Notes: generated from the sequence alone by a model not told the origin. DNA of 32,000 nt from Bacillus subtilis subsp. subtilis str. 168 (GCF_000009045.1 NC_000964.3:1860001-1892000); one strand, 5' to 3'. Counted from the stretch's first letter, positions 1 to 11,088 are shown. A program made the numbers and translations.

Positions 1-13
1 ATGAAAGTGGCTG

Positions 14-370
14 TCAGCTGTGCTGGATATCAATTGTATATACTGCACGATCTGTTACGACCTTCAATCCTTCGTTTTCTTGGTGAATATGAAGCTCACC
101 TAATAAAGGAATCTCATAGGCATTTTGCGGAAGCGGTACGTTTCCGTCCTCAGTGAATGTTGTTCCTTCGCCTTCTAAAACAAGCTCTTCTTTCGCAACA
201 TAATCATCAGGATGATTCGTACTGCGTATAGCCACTTTTTGAAGGTGGAGAACAATCTGATCCAAGTCTGATATCTCTTCATCATGGGTCAATTCACCTT
301 TTCTAATATCAAGCGTCTGGCCGACTTTTGATTCCAGCCATTGAGAAAGCTGTGTATTCGTGTGTGCCAT
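14..370 (-). CDS. ymzB: small hypothetical protein (118 aa, MAHTNTQLSQW...)
   Basis: ORF 14..418 trimmed to the ATG at 370, which is preceded by AAAAGGAGGAATATTG on the minus strand. The ATG at 418 has no SD. Symbol comes from recalled 168 gene order. Confidence 0.6.
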   Translation of the reverse strand: MAHTNTQLSQWLESKVGQTLDIRKGELTHDEEISDLDQIVLHLQKVAIRSTNHPDDYVAKEELVLEGEGTTFTEDGNVPLPQNAYEIPLLGELHIHQENEGLKVVTDRAVYTIDIQHS

Positions 371-448
371 CAATATTCCTCCTTTTGATCTACACGATAC
401 TATTCCCAATTGCTGCATCTTTTACACGGGAAAGAGCCGCCCCACTCT

Positions 449-1291
449 TTATGTATGAAACAGTTCGCTGTTGAGTGCCTTGATATAGCGTACGGCAGAA
501 CGCTGGACCGATTCGTCGGCATTTTCTTTGACAACTTTAGAGAAAGCATTGTAAAGCCGGTTGAATTGAAGCGGTTTTACTTTGGCTGCTATTTCTTCAA
601 CTTTGGAGGCGGGAAGGGGAATGAGATTTGGGTAGCTGTACATAAAGCTGACCCAGTTTCGATCCGCCGCAACCGTAATGATATCTCCGGTCAATAGACA
701 GCCTTTCCCTTCATTGCCCTTGCTCCAATGCAAAACAGCACCGCCTTTAAAATGTCCGCCCAGTCGGTAAAGGTCCAGTCCCGGCTTCATATTGAGCGTT
801 TCCCCTGACCAGAAGTGAATGTGATTGCTTGGCCTTGTCACCCATTCTTTATCATCCTCATGGATATAGATCGGCGCCTGAAACGCTTCAGCCCACTCAA
901 CCTGAGTAGAGTAATAATGTGGATGAGACAAGGCGATGGCTTGAATACCGCCTAATTCGTTGATTTGGTCAATTGTCTTTTGGTCAAGATATGTCATGCA
1001 ATCCCACAGCACATTGAAGCCCTTATGCTGAATAAGATGGGCTGTTTGTCCAATCGCAAACTCTGGTTCAGTTTTGATGCTGTAAAGATGCTCTTCTTCC
1101 TTTTTAAGGATGTTTTGAAGGTTTCCTTTCTCACGCATGTCTTCAAGGGTTGTCCAAGTTTGTCCATCGGGATGAATATACTGTCTTTCATCCTCGCAAA
1201 TCAGACACGAGTTGGGCGGATCTACAGTCTGTGCATGTTGCACACCGCATGTATTGCAGATATAATATGGCACTTTCTTCACTTCCTTCAT
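449..1291 (-). CDS. ymaE: metallo-beta-lactamase-fold hydrolase with N-terminal CxxC...CxxC element
   Basis: 280-aa ORF with an ALSHPHYY (HxHxDH-like) motif and N-terminal CNTCG...CLICED. Position between ymzB and aprX fits recalled order. Confidence 0.75.
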   Translation of the reverse strand: MKEVKKVPYYICNTCGVQHAQTVDPPNSCLICEDERQYIHPDGQTWTTLEDMREKGNLQNILKKEEEHLYSIKTEPEFAIGQTAHLIQHKGFNVLWDCMTYLDQKTIDQINELGGIQAIALSHPHYYSTQVEWAEAFQAPIYIHEDDKEWVTRPSNHIHFWSGETLNMKPGLDLYRLGGHFKGGAVLHWSKGNEGKGCLLTGDIITVAADRNWVSFMYSYPNLIPLPASKVEEIAAKVKPLQFNRLYNAFSKVVKENADESVQRSAVRYIKALNSELFHT

Positions 1292-1334
1292 CTATTTTCC
1301 ATTATTTTACCTTATGATTATGAATATTCAAACG

Positions 1335-1375
1335 AAAAAACCGGCAGTTCTGCTGAGAGAGAATTGCCGGCTTTT
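1335..1375 (-). terminator. intrinsic terminator downstream of aprX
   Basis: CCGGCA (1341-1346) pairs with TGCCGG (1365-1370). The A-run at 1335-1340 gives a T-run after the stem on the minus strand. Confidence 0.6.
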
Positions 1376-1383
1376 GATGATGT

Positions 1384-2712
1384 TTATTGGCCGGGAACGG
1401 AATTTTCTGCGTTGACAGCGCCCGCTCCGTAGATATTCGGATCTTCATCTTTCCATTTGTCCGTGCCGTTTTTCAAAAGCTCTTTTACTTCATCAGGGGT
1501 AAGATCCGGGTTTTGCTGAAGAATTAAAGCTGCGATTCCTGCGCAAATCGGTGTTGCCATCGAGGTTCCTGACATTGTAAAGTACTGAGACCCTACACGG
1601 CTTGACTTTTGGAGCTTATCAATATAAGAATTCGGAGAGCGAAGGGAAATAATATTAACACCCGGCGCTAAAATATCGGGCTTTTCTTTCCCGTATACTG
1701 TCGGGCCGCGGCTTGAGAAGGAAGCGACAGTATCATCATCGCTGCTTGCAGTATTGTTATCGTCAAGCGCACCTACTGTAATCACCTTTTCGCTCACGCC
1801 CGGGCTTGCAATGGTCTGCGAATCAGGGCCTGAGTTTCCGGCAGCGACACAGACGACAATCCCTGCGCTCCACGCTTCCTCAACCGCTCTGACTAACGGA
1901 TCTTCCTGTTCATGATCATATCTAAGGGCATCGCCCCCGAGCGACATGCTCATAATATCAATCGGTTCATCGGGGTTGTCCTCATTGTATTGAATACACC
2001 ACTCAACACCCTCTATAATATCTGCTAACGTTCCTGAACCCTGCTTGTTTAATACCTTTACGCCGATGAGATTGGCTTCCGGTGCAGGTCCGCGGTATTG
2101 ACCGGAAGAGGATGCACCGCTGCTTGCGACATCACCTGCACAGTGTGTGCCATGACCATTATCATCGTACGGCTCTGTTTTTTGATTGACCATGTCCGCG
2201 AATCCGATAATTCTTCCTTCTAGATCAGGATGCGGGTAGATTCCTGTATCGACAACAGCGACAGTAACACCTTTTCCTGTCAGGGTTTGCCCGTTTCTGA
2301 CGACTTCCTTCGCATGGCTTGCTTCGGTTGCCGTGTCTAAAAGCGCTTTGACTTCGCGGTTTAAATACACTTTACGGATATTGCTGCATTCAGAGAGAAG
2401 GGAATGTAATGCTGAAGGAGTAACCTCGGCGCTGCAGCAGTTGATTTTGTTGAAGCGGCTTTTTAGCTTGCTGCGTTTTTCTTTTTGCAGCACCTCTCCA
2501 GCCATTTGAAAGCCGGTCTCGTGACAGCCTTCCTCAAATTCGATAATGACTGACATTTTTTTTCTGTTTTGCAATTTGGTTTCGAAAAATTTATGCAAGA
2601 AGCAAGGAGTCCATTTGAAGGGCTTGTAAAGTTGCAATACGGTTTCCCGTAACGGCCAATCTAGCTTGTGAGCATTTGCTCTCACCATTTGTACCATAGA
2701 GTACCCAAACAT
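1384..2712 (-). CDS. aprX: intracellular/alkaline subtilisin-family (S8) serine protease
   Basis: 442-aa ORF with catalytic-triad motifs VAVVDTGI (Asp), HGTHCAG (His) and GTSMATP (Ser). Confidence 0.95.
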   Translation of the reverse strand: MFGYSMVQMVRANAHKLDWPLRETVLQLYKPFKWTPCFLHKFFETKLQNRKKMSVIIEFEEGCHETGFQMAGEVLQKEKRSKLKSRFNKINCCSAEVTPSALHSLLSECSNIRKVYLNREVKALLDTATEASHAKEVVRNGQTLTGKGVTVAVVDTGIYPHPDLEGRIIGFADMVNQKTEPYDDNGHGTHCAGDVASSGASSSGQYRGPAPEANLIGVKVLNKQGSGTLADIIEGVEWCIQYNEDNPDEPIDIMSMSLGGDALRYDHEQEDPLVRAVEEAWSAGIVVCVAAGNSGPDSQTIASPGVSEKVITVGALDDNNTASSDDDTVASFSSRGPTVYGKEKPDILAPGVNIISLRSPNSYIDKLQKSSRVGSQYFTMSGTSMATPICAGIAALILQQNPDLTPDEVKELLKNGTDKWKDEDPNIYGAGAVNAENSVPGQ

Positions 2713-2936
2713 GTATTTTCCTCCTATTATAAGGTTCTCTGTATACTCTATGAACAGATGATAGGTTTGGTAAGTTTGTTTGTCCTCTGTAAGAGACAGA
2801 CAAGAGTTTGTTTTTCTGAATCTTTCGCATTAGATACGATAGATTCAGAAGCTGAGGAAATCATTGGGGATTGAAAAAGAACGTTTGTTCGTATTATAAT
2901 GTGATCATATCAAACTGGGAAGGGGAGAGCAACCGT

Positions 2937-3168
2937 ATGAATTTCTACTTGCACCGATCTTTGGAAAGCCAAATGCCAATCAGCATTATATATGAAGAAA
3001 GACGGAACGATTAGTAAAAGAACGATTATTGTGAGACAGAAAAGCAAAACGAAAATCAAAGCATTTTGTTTTTCGAAACAACAGATCAGAACATTTTTAT
3101 TGGACTCTATCCTCTCCTGTGATTTTGTGAGAACAAATAAGCAAAATCTCTATTCTGCAGGCCGGTAA
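2937..3168 (+). pseudogene. frameshifted small gene (about 77 codons if repaired) with WYL-like sequence pattern
   Basis: ATG at 2937 follows GGGAAGGGGAGAG and gives MNFYLHRSLESQMPISIIYEERRND*, with the stop at 3012. The +1 frame from 2992 reads MKKDGTISKRTIIVRQKSKTKIKAFCFSKQQIRTFLLDSILSCDFVRTNKQNLYSAGR*, ending at 3168. The two halves join at the ATATATGAAGAAAG run. It may be the locus annotated ymzE in 168, but that is an uncertain recollection. Confidence 0.5.
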
Positions 3169-3447
3169 CAGCTGTCCGTCTCAGCAACCGGGCAGCCTGT
3201 TACTAAAACCCTCCTTAAACCTATATACATTTATTTGCCAAGTGAGGTTGTTCCTACCTTTTTTGTCTTTCCTCTCAACCTTTTTTCACTCTTATTTGAA
3301 ATGAACCGCTAATAACCGTGACAATCAATTGATTTTTTGAAACCGGGAACTTTTTCACTGATGATATTGTGTATACAATGGTAAGATAAAACCTATTGGC
3401 TAAACCTCATATAATGAACCGCGCCATTCTTATGAAAGGAGTTAAAC

Positions 3448-4155
3448 ATGAGAAGATTTTTACTAAATGTCATATTAGTCTTAGCCATTGTCTTGTTCTT
3501 GAGATATGTTCATTACTCATTGGAACCAGAACCATCAAATCAGCCAGATACATATTCAAATTTCAGCAGCTTGGCAGAGAATGAGAGCCCAGCCGATTAC
3601 GATATTTCATATAATGAGAAAAAAGGAAGCAAAGTCTTAATTATGTCTCCGCATGGCGGAAGAATTGAAGGCGGAGTAAGTGAGCTTGTGCGTTATTTCA
3701 ATAATGAATACTCTACATACCTATTTGAAGGGTTGAAGTCCCATGATAACCAAACACTGCACATTACAAGCACCAACTTTGATGAGCCATTGGCAAAAAA
3801 GAAAATCAAGGAGCATCAATATGTGGTGGCTTTTCACGGATATAAAGGAGAGAACAAGAATACCCTTGTAGGGGGAACAGACCGAAAGCGGGCGAAAATG
3901 ATTGTGAGAGCCCTTGAGCGGAGAGGGTTTTCCGCTGAGTTAGCGTCGTCTAAAAGCGGTCTTGCTGGATTGAATGCCGAAAACATTAATAACCAAGGGG
4001 AAACGGGGCTAAGTATCCAGCTGGAAATCAGCCGTGAGCAGAGAGAAGCATTTTTTGATGATTTTTATTATAAAAATAGAAAATACACAAAGAACAGTGA
4101 ATTTTATGCTTATGTCAGTGCGATCAAAGGTGTCCTGGAAAAAGAGTATTCGTAA
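3448..4155 (+). CDS. ymaC: phage-type poly-gamma-glutamate hydrolase family protein (PghP-like) with N-terminal TM anchor
   Basis: 235-aa ORF behind the SD AAAGGAG. It has the hydrophobic N-terminus FLLNVILVLAIVLFL, an SPHGGRIEGG motif and a VAFHGY motif, consistent with Zn ligands of the PghP family. Recalled alias pghC. Confidence 0.8.
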   Translation: MRRFLLNVILVLAIVLFLRYVHYSLEPEPSNQPDTYSNFSSLAENESPADYDISYNEKKGSKVLIMSPHGGRIEGGVSELVRYFNNEYSTYLFEGLKSHDNQTLHITSTNFDEPLAKKKIKEHQYVVAFHGYKGENKNTLVGGTDRKRAKMIVRALERRGFSAELASSKSGLAGLNAENINNQGETGLSIQLEISREQREAFFDDFYYKNRKYTKNSEFYAYVSAIKGVLEKEYS

Positions 4156-4224
4156 CAAGCAGATCAGAAGACAAAATAAGAGAAGATCAGTAGACTGAAA
4201 TAGGATAAAAAAGGAGGCAAAACA

Positions 4225-4677
4225 ATGGCAGATCATCATTTTTATTTAAAAGCGAACTGGCCGGGTAACCGTAATGATGTCGGTACGATCGAAAGCGGAA
4301 ACCTGATCACATCGATTTCCATTCCTAAAGAAATGGATGGCCCGGGAGAAGGGACCAACCCAGATGAAATGCTTCTCGGGGCGGCAGCGACCTGTTACAT
4401 TATTACACTTGCAGCGATGATGGAGAGAAGCGGGCTGGAAAAAGAAGACTTACAGATGGAGTCAGAAGGCATTGTCAACGTTACAAAAGGAGTCTTTACA
4501 TACAAAAAGATCATTCACCGTCCCTCTGTCGTGCTTAAACATGATGCTTCACAAGACGACGTCGCATTGGCGCACAAACTTTGTAAAAAAGCGGAGTCGT
4601 CATGCATGATTTCGCGTGCAATTCAAGGAAATGTCGAGCTGCAGCTTGAAGCCTCTGTGAAACTGGGTGGAGAATAA
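4225..4677 (+). CDS. ymaD: OsmC/Ohr-family peroxiredoxin-like protein
   Basis: 150-aa ORF behind the SD AAAAAGGAGG, with the two conserved Cys contexts AATCYII and ESSCMISR. Confidence 0.85.
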   Translation: MADHHFYLKANWPGNRNDVGTIESGNLITSISIPKEMDGPGEGTNPDEMLLGAAATCYIITLAAMMERSGLEKEDLQMESEGIVNVTKGVFTYKKIIHRPSVVLKHDASQDDVALAHKLCKKAESSCMISRAIQGNVELQLEASVKLGGE

Positions 4678-4682
4678 AGAAA

Positions 4683-4715
4683 ACAGACGGTCACTCACAG
4701 GCCGTCTGTTTTTTA
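4683..4715. terminator. shared terminator hairpin between convergent ymaD and ebrB
   Basis: ACAGACGG (4683-4690) pairs with CCGTCTGT (4702-4709) and is followed by a T-run on the plus strand. The hairpin contains the last codons and the stop of ebrB. Confidence 0.7.
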
Positions 4716-5044
4716 TCTTCAGCGTGGGCTTTCGATTGATTTAGCACGACCACGCCTGCAATGACAAGCGTGAGACCGAATACACCTTTTAAACTGATGG
4801 TTTCGCCAAAAAGCAAAAACCCGACAATTGCTGTAAGCGCGGTACCAACGCCCGACCATGTTGCATACGCGCTTGATAAGTCAATTGTTTTTAAAGAAAA
4901 GCTTAGAAACGTAAAAGCAGAAAGAAATCCGACTATGACTCCGGCAATGGGCCAGGCTTGTGTAAATCCTTCTGAAAGCTTCAACATCGTGCTCCCAAAC
5001 ACTTCAGATACAATGGCGAGAGCCAAATAAAGCAATCCTCTCAT
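4691..5044 (-). CDS. ebrB: SMR-family multidrug efflux subunit
   Basis: ORF trimmed to MRGLLYLALAIVSEVFGSTMLK (117 aa), with the SD AAAGGAG 8 nt upstream. It has the TM1 Glu and a YATWSGVG motif. Confidence 0.9.
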   Translation of the reverse strand: MRGLLYLALAIVSEVFGSTMLKLSEGFTQAWPIAGVIVGFLSAFTFLSFSLKTIDLSSAYATWSGVGTALTAIVGFLLFGETISLKGVFGLTLVIAGVVVLNQSKAHAEDKKQTACE

Positions 5045-5057
5045 CTTCATCACTCCT

Positions 5058-5378
5058 TTACGGCCAATTAAGTAACACGACCCCTGATAGTAATAAAAGA
5101 ATCCCGATAAGCCCTTTGGCATTCAGATCTTCCTTGAACCATTTTACTCCGATCACTGTCGTCAGCACCGTGCCTGCCCCGCTCCAAGTCGCATAGGAGA
5201 GGCTCAGGGGAATATGGTTTAAAGTCAGGGACAGCATATAAAAGGCGAGGGAATAGCCAATAACGACCAAAGCACTTGGCTTCCACTTTTTGAAGCCATC
5301 AGATACTTTCAGCATGGCTGCTCCTATCGATTCCGAACATATGGCAATCGTGAGGAATATATATCCTATCAACATCAT
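5058..5378 (-). CDS. ebrA: SMR-family multidrug efflux subunit, paired with ebrB
   Basis: 105/106-aa ORF (MMLIGY...; either of two adjacent ATGs could be the start) behind the SD GTGAGGAG. Motifs: ICSESIGAAMLK and YATWSGAG. Confidence 0.9.
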   Translation of the reverse strand: MMLIGYIFLTIAICSESIGAAMLKVSDGFKKWKPSALVVIGYSLAFYMLSLTLNHIPLSLSYATWSGAGTVLTTVIGVKWFKEDLNAKGLIGILLLLSGVVLLNWP

Positions 5379-5480
5379 GAATTCTCCTCACTATATTTTT
5401 AGATTAGAAAAAAAACTTCAGCTAGAAAAATATTAGTGTATGCCTATGTATGAGTCAAGAGATTCATTTTCACACACTTA

Positions 5481-5507
5481 AAAAGACCCCTTTTTAAGGG
5501 GTCTTTT
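5481..5507 (-). terminator. intrinsic terminator after ymaG
   Basis: AAAAGACCCC (5481-5490) pairs with GGGGTCTTTT (5498-5507), placed immediately after the ymaG stop at 5512. Confidence 0.8.
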
Positions 5508-5511
5508 GCGT

Positions 5512-5787
5512 TTAATAATAAAAAGGGAACGGGGCATACGGATAATAGGGGTATCCGCCATACAAATAAGGATTAAATAAAGCGCTTCCTATAAGCCCGC
5601 CTGCAAGGCCGCCGATAAACGGTCCTCCAAAAAATCCGAATGGCCGGCCAAACCCATAACCAAATCCGGGTCTTCCAAACCCGTAACCGAACCCGAACGG
5701 TCTTCCAAACCCAAATGGTCTCCCGAATCCGAACGGCCTTCCAAATATTCTTGTATCTTCAGGGCTGAAATGCTCTAACTCGTTCAT
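5512..5787 (-). CDS. ymaG: Gly/Phe/Pro/Tyr-rich low-complexity protein (91 aa), recalled as spore-coat/crust associated
   Basis: ORF trimmed to MNELEHF..., with the SD CAGGAGGAAAG upstream of the ATG at 5787. The sequence is dominated by GRPFGF and GYGFGRP repeats. Confidence 0.8.
   Translation of the reverse strand: MNELEHFSPEDTRIFGRPFGFGRPFGFGRPFGFGYGFGRPGFGYGFGRPFGFFGGPFIGGLAGGLIGSALFNPYLYGGYPYYPYAPFPFYY
5622..5745 (-). repeat. imperfect tandem coding repeats encoding (F/Y)G(F)GRP units
   Basis: The protein shows three GRPFGF units followed by two GYGFGRP units. The DNA shows reiterated CCGAAyGGyCTTCCAAAyCC-like units. Confidence 0.7.
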
Positions 5788-5875
5788 GTTTTCTTTCCTC
5801 CTGTAATAAAGTGTAGATGATGCAGTGTATTCACCCTGCCCGGATTTGATTGGGCGAATCGAGGAAAAGGAGGAT

Positions 5876-6289
5876 GTGAACACATTGGGCCTGTATCAGT
5901 CTGACTGGTCAAAAGCACCGCCCCACGCACATGCTTATCATGTCAAAACAACGAGAGAACAGGGCCATTATCATCTCATCGAAGGGTTTACTCAGCCGGC
6001 AAACGGATCAAATACCGATCAGCATACACATTACTATACAGGGATCACTTCATTTGAAAACGGCCATTTTCATCGGTATTACGGAATCTCAGGACCGGCG
6101 ATTCCCTTAGCAGATGGCACACATTATCATGAAATCGAAGAAACGACGTATCTGGCCTATAACGAGCCGATTGAGATCCAGTACGGAGGGGTTGTGTACG
6201 ATCCCGGAGATGACAGAAGAAAAACGCATCGTCATACCCTGAAAGGAAAGACAAGGGAAATTGTCGGCAATGAGCCGCTCGGCTGGTAG
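5876..6289 (+). CDS. ymaF: His-rich YmaF-family protein (137 aa from GTG)
   Basis: ORF 5825..6289. The GTG at 5876 gives the recalled 137-aa length, but its SD (AAAGGAGGA) sits only 2 nt away. The TTG at 5885 is an alternative start. The protein has repeated HxH-type motifs: HAHAYH, HYH, HTHYY, HFHRYY, HYHE and HRH. Confidence 0.7.
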   Translation: MNTLGLYQSDWSKAPPHAHAYHVKTTREQGHYHLIEGFTQPANGSNTDQHTHYYTGITSFENGHFHRYYGISGPAIPLADGTHYHEIEETTYLAYNEPIEIQYGGVVYDPGDDRRKTHRHTLKGKTREIVGNEPLGW

Positions 6290-6388
6290 AAGGATGTTTA
6301 CCGATGCAAAAAAAGGGCAAAATGGATAGGTGGTTGTCCATGTTGAATGCTATAATGGGGGGAGATTTATAAAAGAGAGTGATACATA

Positions 6389-7333
6389 TTGAATAATACG
6401 AAGCAGCCCGTTGTCATTTTAGTCGGACCGACGGCAGTGGGGAAAACCAATTTAAGTATTCAGCTAGCCAAATCCTTAAACGCGGAAATTATCAGCGGAG
6501 ATTCGATGCAGATTTATAAAGGGATGGATATTGGAACAGCTAAAATTACCGAACAGGAGATGGAGGGAGTGCCCCATCATCTGATTGACATTTTAGATCC
6601 CCAAGACTCTTTCTCTACTGCCGATTATCAAAGCTTAGTAAGAAATAAAATCAGCGAGATTGCAAATAGAGGAAAGCTTCCGATGATTGTCGGCGGTACA
6701 GGGCTTTATATACAATCTGTGCTTTACGATTATACATTTACGGAAGAGGCAAATGATCCCGTGTTTCGAGAGAGCATGCAAATGGCTGCTGAGCGGGAAG
6801 GCGCTGACTTTCTTCATGCCAAACTTGCTGCAGCAGATCCCGAGGCAGCAGCTGCGATTCATCCGAATAATACAAGAAGAGTCATTCGCGCACTGGAAAT
6901 TTTACATACGTCCGGAAAAACGATGTCCCAGCATTTGAAGGAACAAAAACGAGAACTTCTGTACAATGCAGTGTTAATTGGCCTGACAATGGATAGAGAC
7001 ACGCTTTACGAAAGAATTAATCAGCGGGTCGATTTGATGATGCAGTCAGGCCTTCTTCCGGAAGTGAAACGCTTATACGACAAGAACGTGAGAGACTGTC
7101 AATCAATACAGGCGATAGGCTATAAAGAGCTGTATGCATATTTTGACGGTTTTGTGACACTTTCCGATGCTGTCGAACAGCTAAAGCAGAACTCGAGGCG
7201 GTATGCGAAACGCCAGCTGACGTGGTTTCGCAACAAAATGCAGGTCACATGGTTCGATATGACACCGCCTGTTGATATGGAGCTGAAAAAAAAGGAAATT
7301 TTCACACATATAGCAGGAAAACTCGAACTTTAA
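6389..7333 (+). CDS. miaA: tRNA dimethylallyltransferase
   Basis: 314-aa ORF with a TTG start, the P-loop GPTAVGKT, and the [16 protein letters not shown] motif. Confidence 0.95.
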   Translation: MNNTKQPVVILVGPTAVGKTNLSIQLAKSLNAEIISGDSMQIYKGMDIGTAKITEQEMEGVPHHLIDILDPQDSFSTADYQSLVRNKISEIANRGKLPMIVGGTGLYIQSVLYDYTFTEEANDPVFRESMQMAAEREGADFLHAKLAAADPEAAAAIHPNNTRRVIRALEILHTSGKTMSQHLKEQKRELLYNAVLIGLTMDRDTLYERINQRVDLMMQSGLLPEVKRLYDKNVRDCQSIQAIGYKELYAYFDGFVTLSDAVEQLKQNSRRYAKRQLTWFRNKMQVTWFDMTPPVDMELKKKEIFTHIAGKLEL

Positions 7334-7372
7334 TCGAAACTGTATGATATAGAGAATCAAGGAGGACGAAAC

Positions 7373-7594
7373 ATGAAACCGATTAATATTCAGGATCAGT
7401 TTTTGAATCAAATCCGGAAAGAAAATACGTATGTCACTGTTTTTTTGCTGAACGGCTTTCAGTTGCGGGGCCAGGTGAAAGGCTTTGATAACTTTACCGT
7501 ATTGTTGGAATCGGAAGGTAAGCAGCAGCTTATATATAAACATGCGATCTCAACGTTTGCGCCGCAAAAAAACGTCCAGCTTGAACTCGAATAG
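7373..7594 (+). CDS. hfq: RNA chaperone Hfq
   Basis: 73-aa ORF behind the SD AAGGAGG, with the Sm motifs [17 protein letters not shown] and YKHAISTF. Confidence 0.97.
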   Translation: MKPINIQDQFLNQIRKENTYVTVFLLNGFQLRGQVKGFDNFTVLLESEGKQQLIYKHAISTFAPQKNVQLELE

Positions 7595-7626
7595 ATCAAA
7601 AAATGCCATGTCAAGACATGAGGAAA

Positions 7627-7656
7627 GGCTGTCGGGGGTTCCCGGCGGCCATTTTT
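7627..7656 (+). terminator. intrinsic terminator after hfq
   Basis: GGCTGTCGGG pairs with CCCGGCGGCC (two G-U pairs), followed by ATTTTT. Confidence 0.7.
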
Positions 7657-7696
7657 AACATGAATCCACTTTTGCTCCAAGCTTTTTGTGTAAGCT

Positions 7697-7723
7697 GACC
7701 ATGCCAAGGCACGGTCTTTTTTT
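7697..7723 (+). terminator. second hairpin plus T-run downstream of hfq
   Basis: GACCATGCC pairs with GGCACGGTC (one mismatch), followed by TTTTTTT. Confidence 0.55.
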
Positions 7724-7789
7724 ATGAGAACAACATACGGAAGTAAAAATGGTATATTATGTATAAAATGAATTTGGGAGTGATCGATC

Positions 7790-8062
7790 TTGTTTGAAAG
7801 TGAAGCAGAACTGAGACGAATCAGGATTGCACTTGTATGGATAGCTGTCTTTTTACTGTTCGGGGCGTGCGGGAATCAAGATACCATTATTGAAACAGAC
7901 AACGGCAATTCAGACTATGAAACGCCTCAGCCCACCTCGTTTCCACTTGAACATAACCATTTTGGCGTTATGGAGGACGGCTATATCAAAATTTATGAGT
8001 ATAATGAGTCCCGCAATGAGGTAAAGCTGAAGAAAGAATACGCGGATGATGAGCTTGAATAA
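7790..8062 (+). CDS. ymzC: small putative lipoprotein
   Basis: 90-aa ORF with a TTG start after GGGAGTGA. It has a signal peptide with the lipobox LLFGAC. Confidence 0.7.
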   Translation: MFESEAELRRIRIALVWIAVFLLFGACGNQDTIIETDNGNSDYETPQPTSFPLEHNHFGVMEDGYIKIYEYNESRNEVKLKKEYADDELE

Positions 8063-8143
8063 AATTCACAAGCATTCGAATTTACAAAGCGGATGCCAGC
8101 CGCTAAACTAAATACAGACACAGATCAAACAGAGGGTGAAAAC

Positions 8144-8374
8144 ATGAAGCATAAAGTGATCGTGAATCATTGGGAAGAAATTTGCGAAGATGATTCTTGC
8201 TATGAATACGGAACAAGTATCATTGTGAACGGAAAAGAATTAATCAGAGAAGCGTCAATTATCACTGCTTTGAAGGCGGTTTTAGAAGAGATCGGCGCGG
8301 ATGTTGAAATAGAAGAAACAGTAGAGAGCGAAAAATGCTGTGATAGCTTAAGAAAAAAAAATCTAGACTACTAA
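8144..8374 (+). CDS. ymzA: small acidic hypothetical protein (76 aa)
   Basis: ORF 8093..8374 trimmed to MKHKVIVNHWEE..., behind the SD AGAGGGTGA. Confidence 0.65.
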   Translation: MKHKVIVNHWEEICEDDSCYEYGTSIIVNGKELIREASIITALKAVLEEIGADVEIEETVESEKCCDSLRKKNLDY

Positions 8375-8422
8375 GCAGTTTTTTTTCATGTTATGATATA
8401 CATCGGCTAAAAACGACACCCC

Positions 8423-8462
8423 GAGTAGGACGAGAGATGATTCTCGTTCTGCTCTCTTTTTT
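8423..8462 (+). terminator. intrinsic terminator after ymzA
   Basis: GAGTAGGACGAGA pairs with TCTCGTTCTGCTC (13 bp with two G-U pairs), followed by TCTTTTTT. Confidence 0.7.
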
Positions 8463-8524
8463 GGGCCCTAATGAGTCTGCCCGTTTGCCTGATTTGATCA
8501 AAATATGAATTTTTCATAAAAACG

Positions 8525-8540
8525 AATCTATATATTGTGT
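8525..8540. promoter_or_regulatory. NrdR box 1 upstream of nrdI
   Basis: AATCTATATATTGTGT resembles the 16-bp NrdR box consensus (acaCwAnAtnTwgtgt-like). Confidence 0.65.
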
Positions 8541-8557
8541 TTTTGCTAGAGGGTAGT

Positions 8558-8573
8558 ATACTATATATAGTGT
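8558..8573. promoter_or_regulatory. NrdR box 2 upstream of nrdI
   Basis: ATACTATATATAGTGT lies 33 bp (about three helical turns) from box 1. This is the typical tandem NrdR arrangement, and it overlaps a TATACT -10-like hexamer. Confidence 0.65.
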
Positions 8574-8613
8574 TAGTGATGAGAGATTCATATTTTTTGA
8601 TAGGTCGTGATAA

Positions 8614-11071
<2,458 letters not shown>

Positions 11072-11088
11072 TTAAAGGAGAGTTTATA

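Noticed and set aside
410-1432. Plus-strand ORFs 410..697 and 965..1432, and minus-strand ORF 994..1191
   Set aside because: They lie antisense to or nested within the well-supported ymaE gene, have no SD, and have odd composition. They are typical shadow ORFs.
2591-2874. ORFs 2591..2830 (-) and 2668..2874 (+) at the aprX 5' end
   Set aside because: They overlap the aprX start and promoter region, have no SD and no recognisable motif.
3396-3584. ORF 3396..3584 (+), 62 aa
   Set aside because: It is out of frame over the ymaC start, and ymaC has the proper SD and a family signature.
4009-7707. Assorted antisense or overlapping ORFs: 4009..4239-, 4761..5030+, 5068..5286-, 6045..6341-, 6635..6862-, 6687..6938+, 7120..7305-, 7181..7543-, 7459..7707-
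   Set aside because: Each overlaps a confidently identified gene (ymaC, ymaD, ebrAB, ymaF, miaA or hfq) or a terminator, and lacks an SD.
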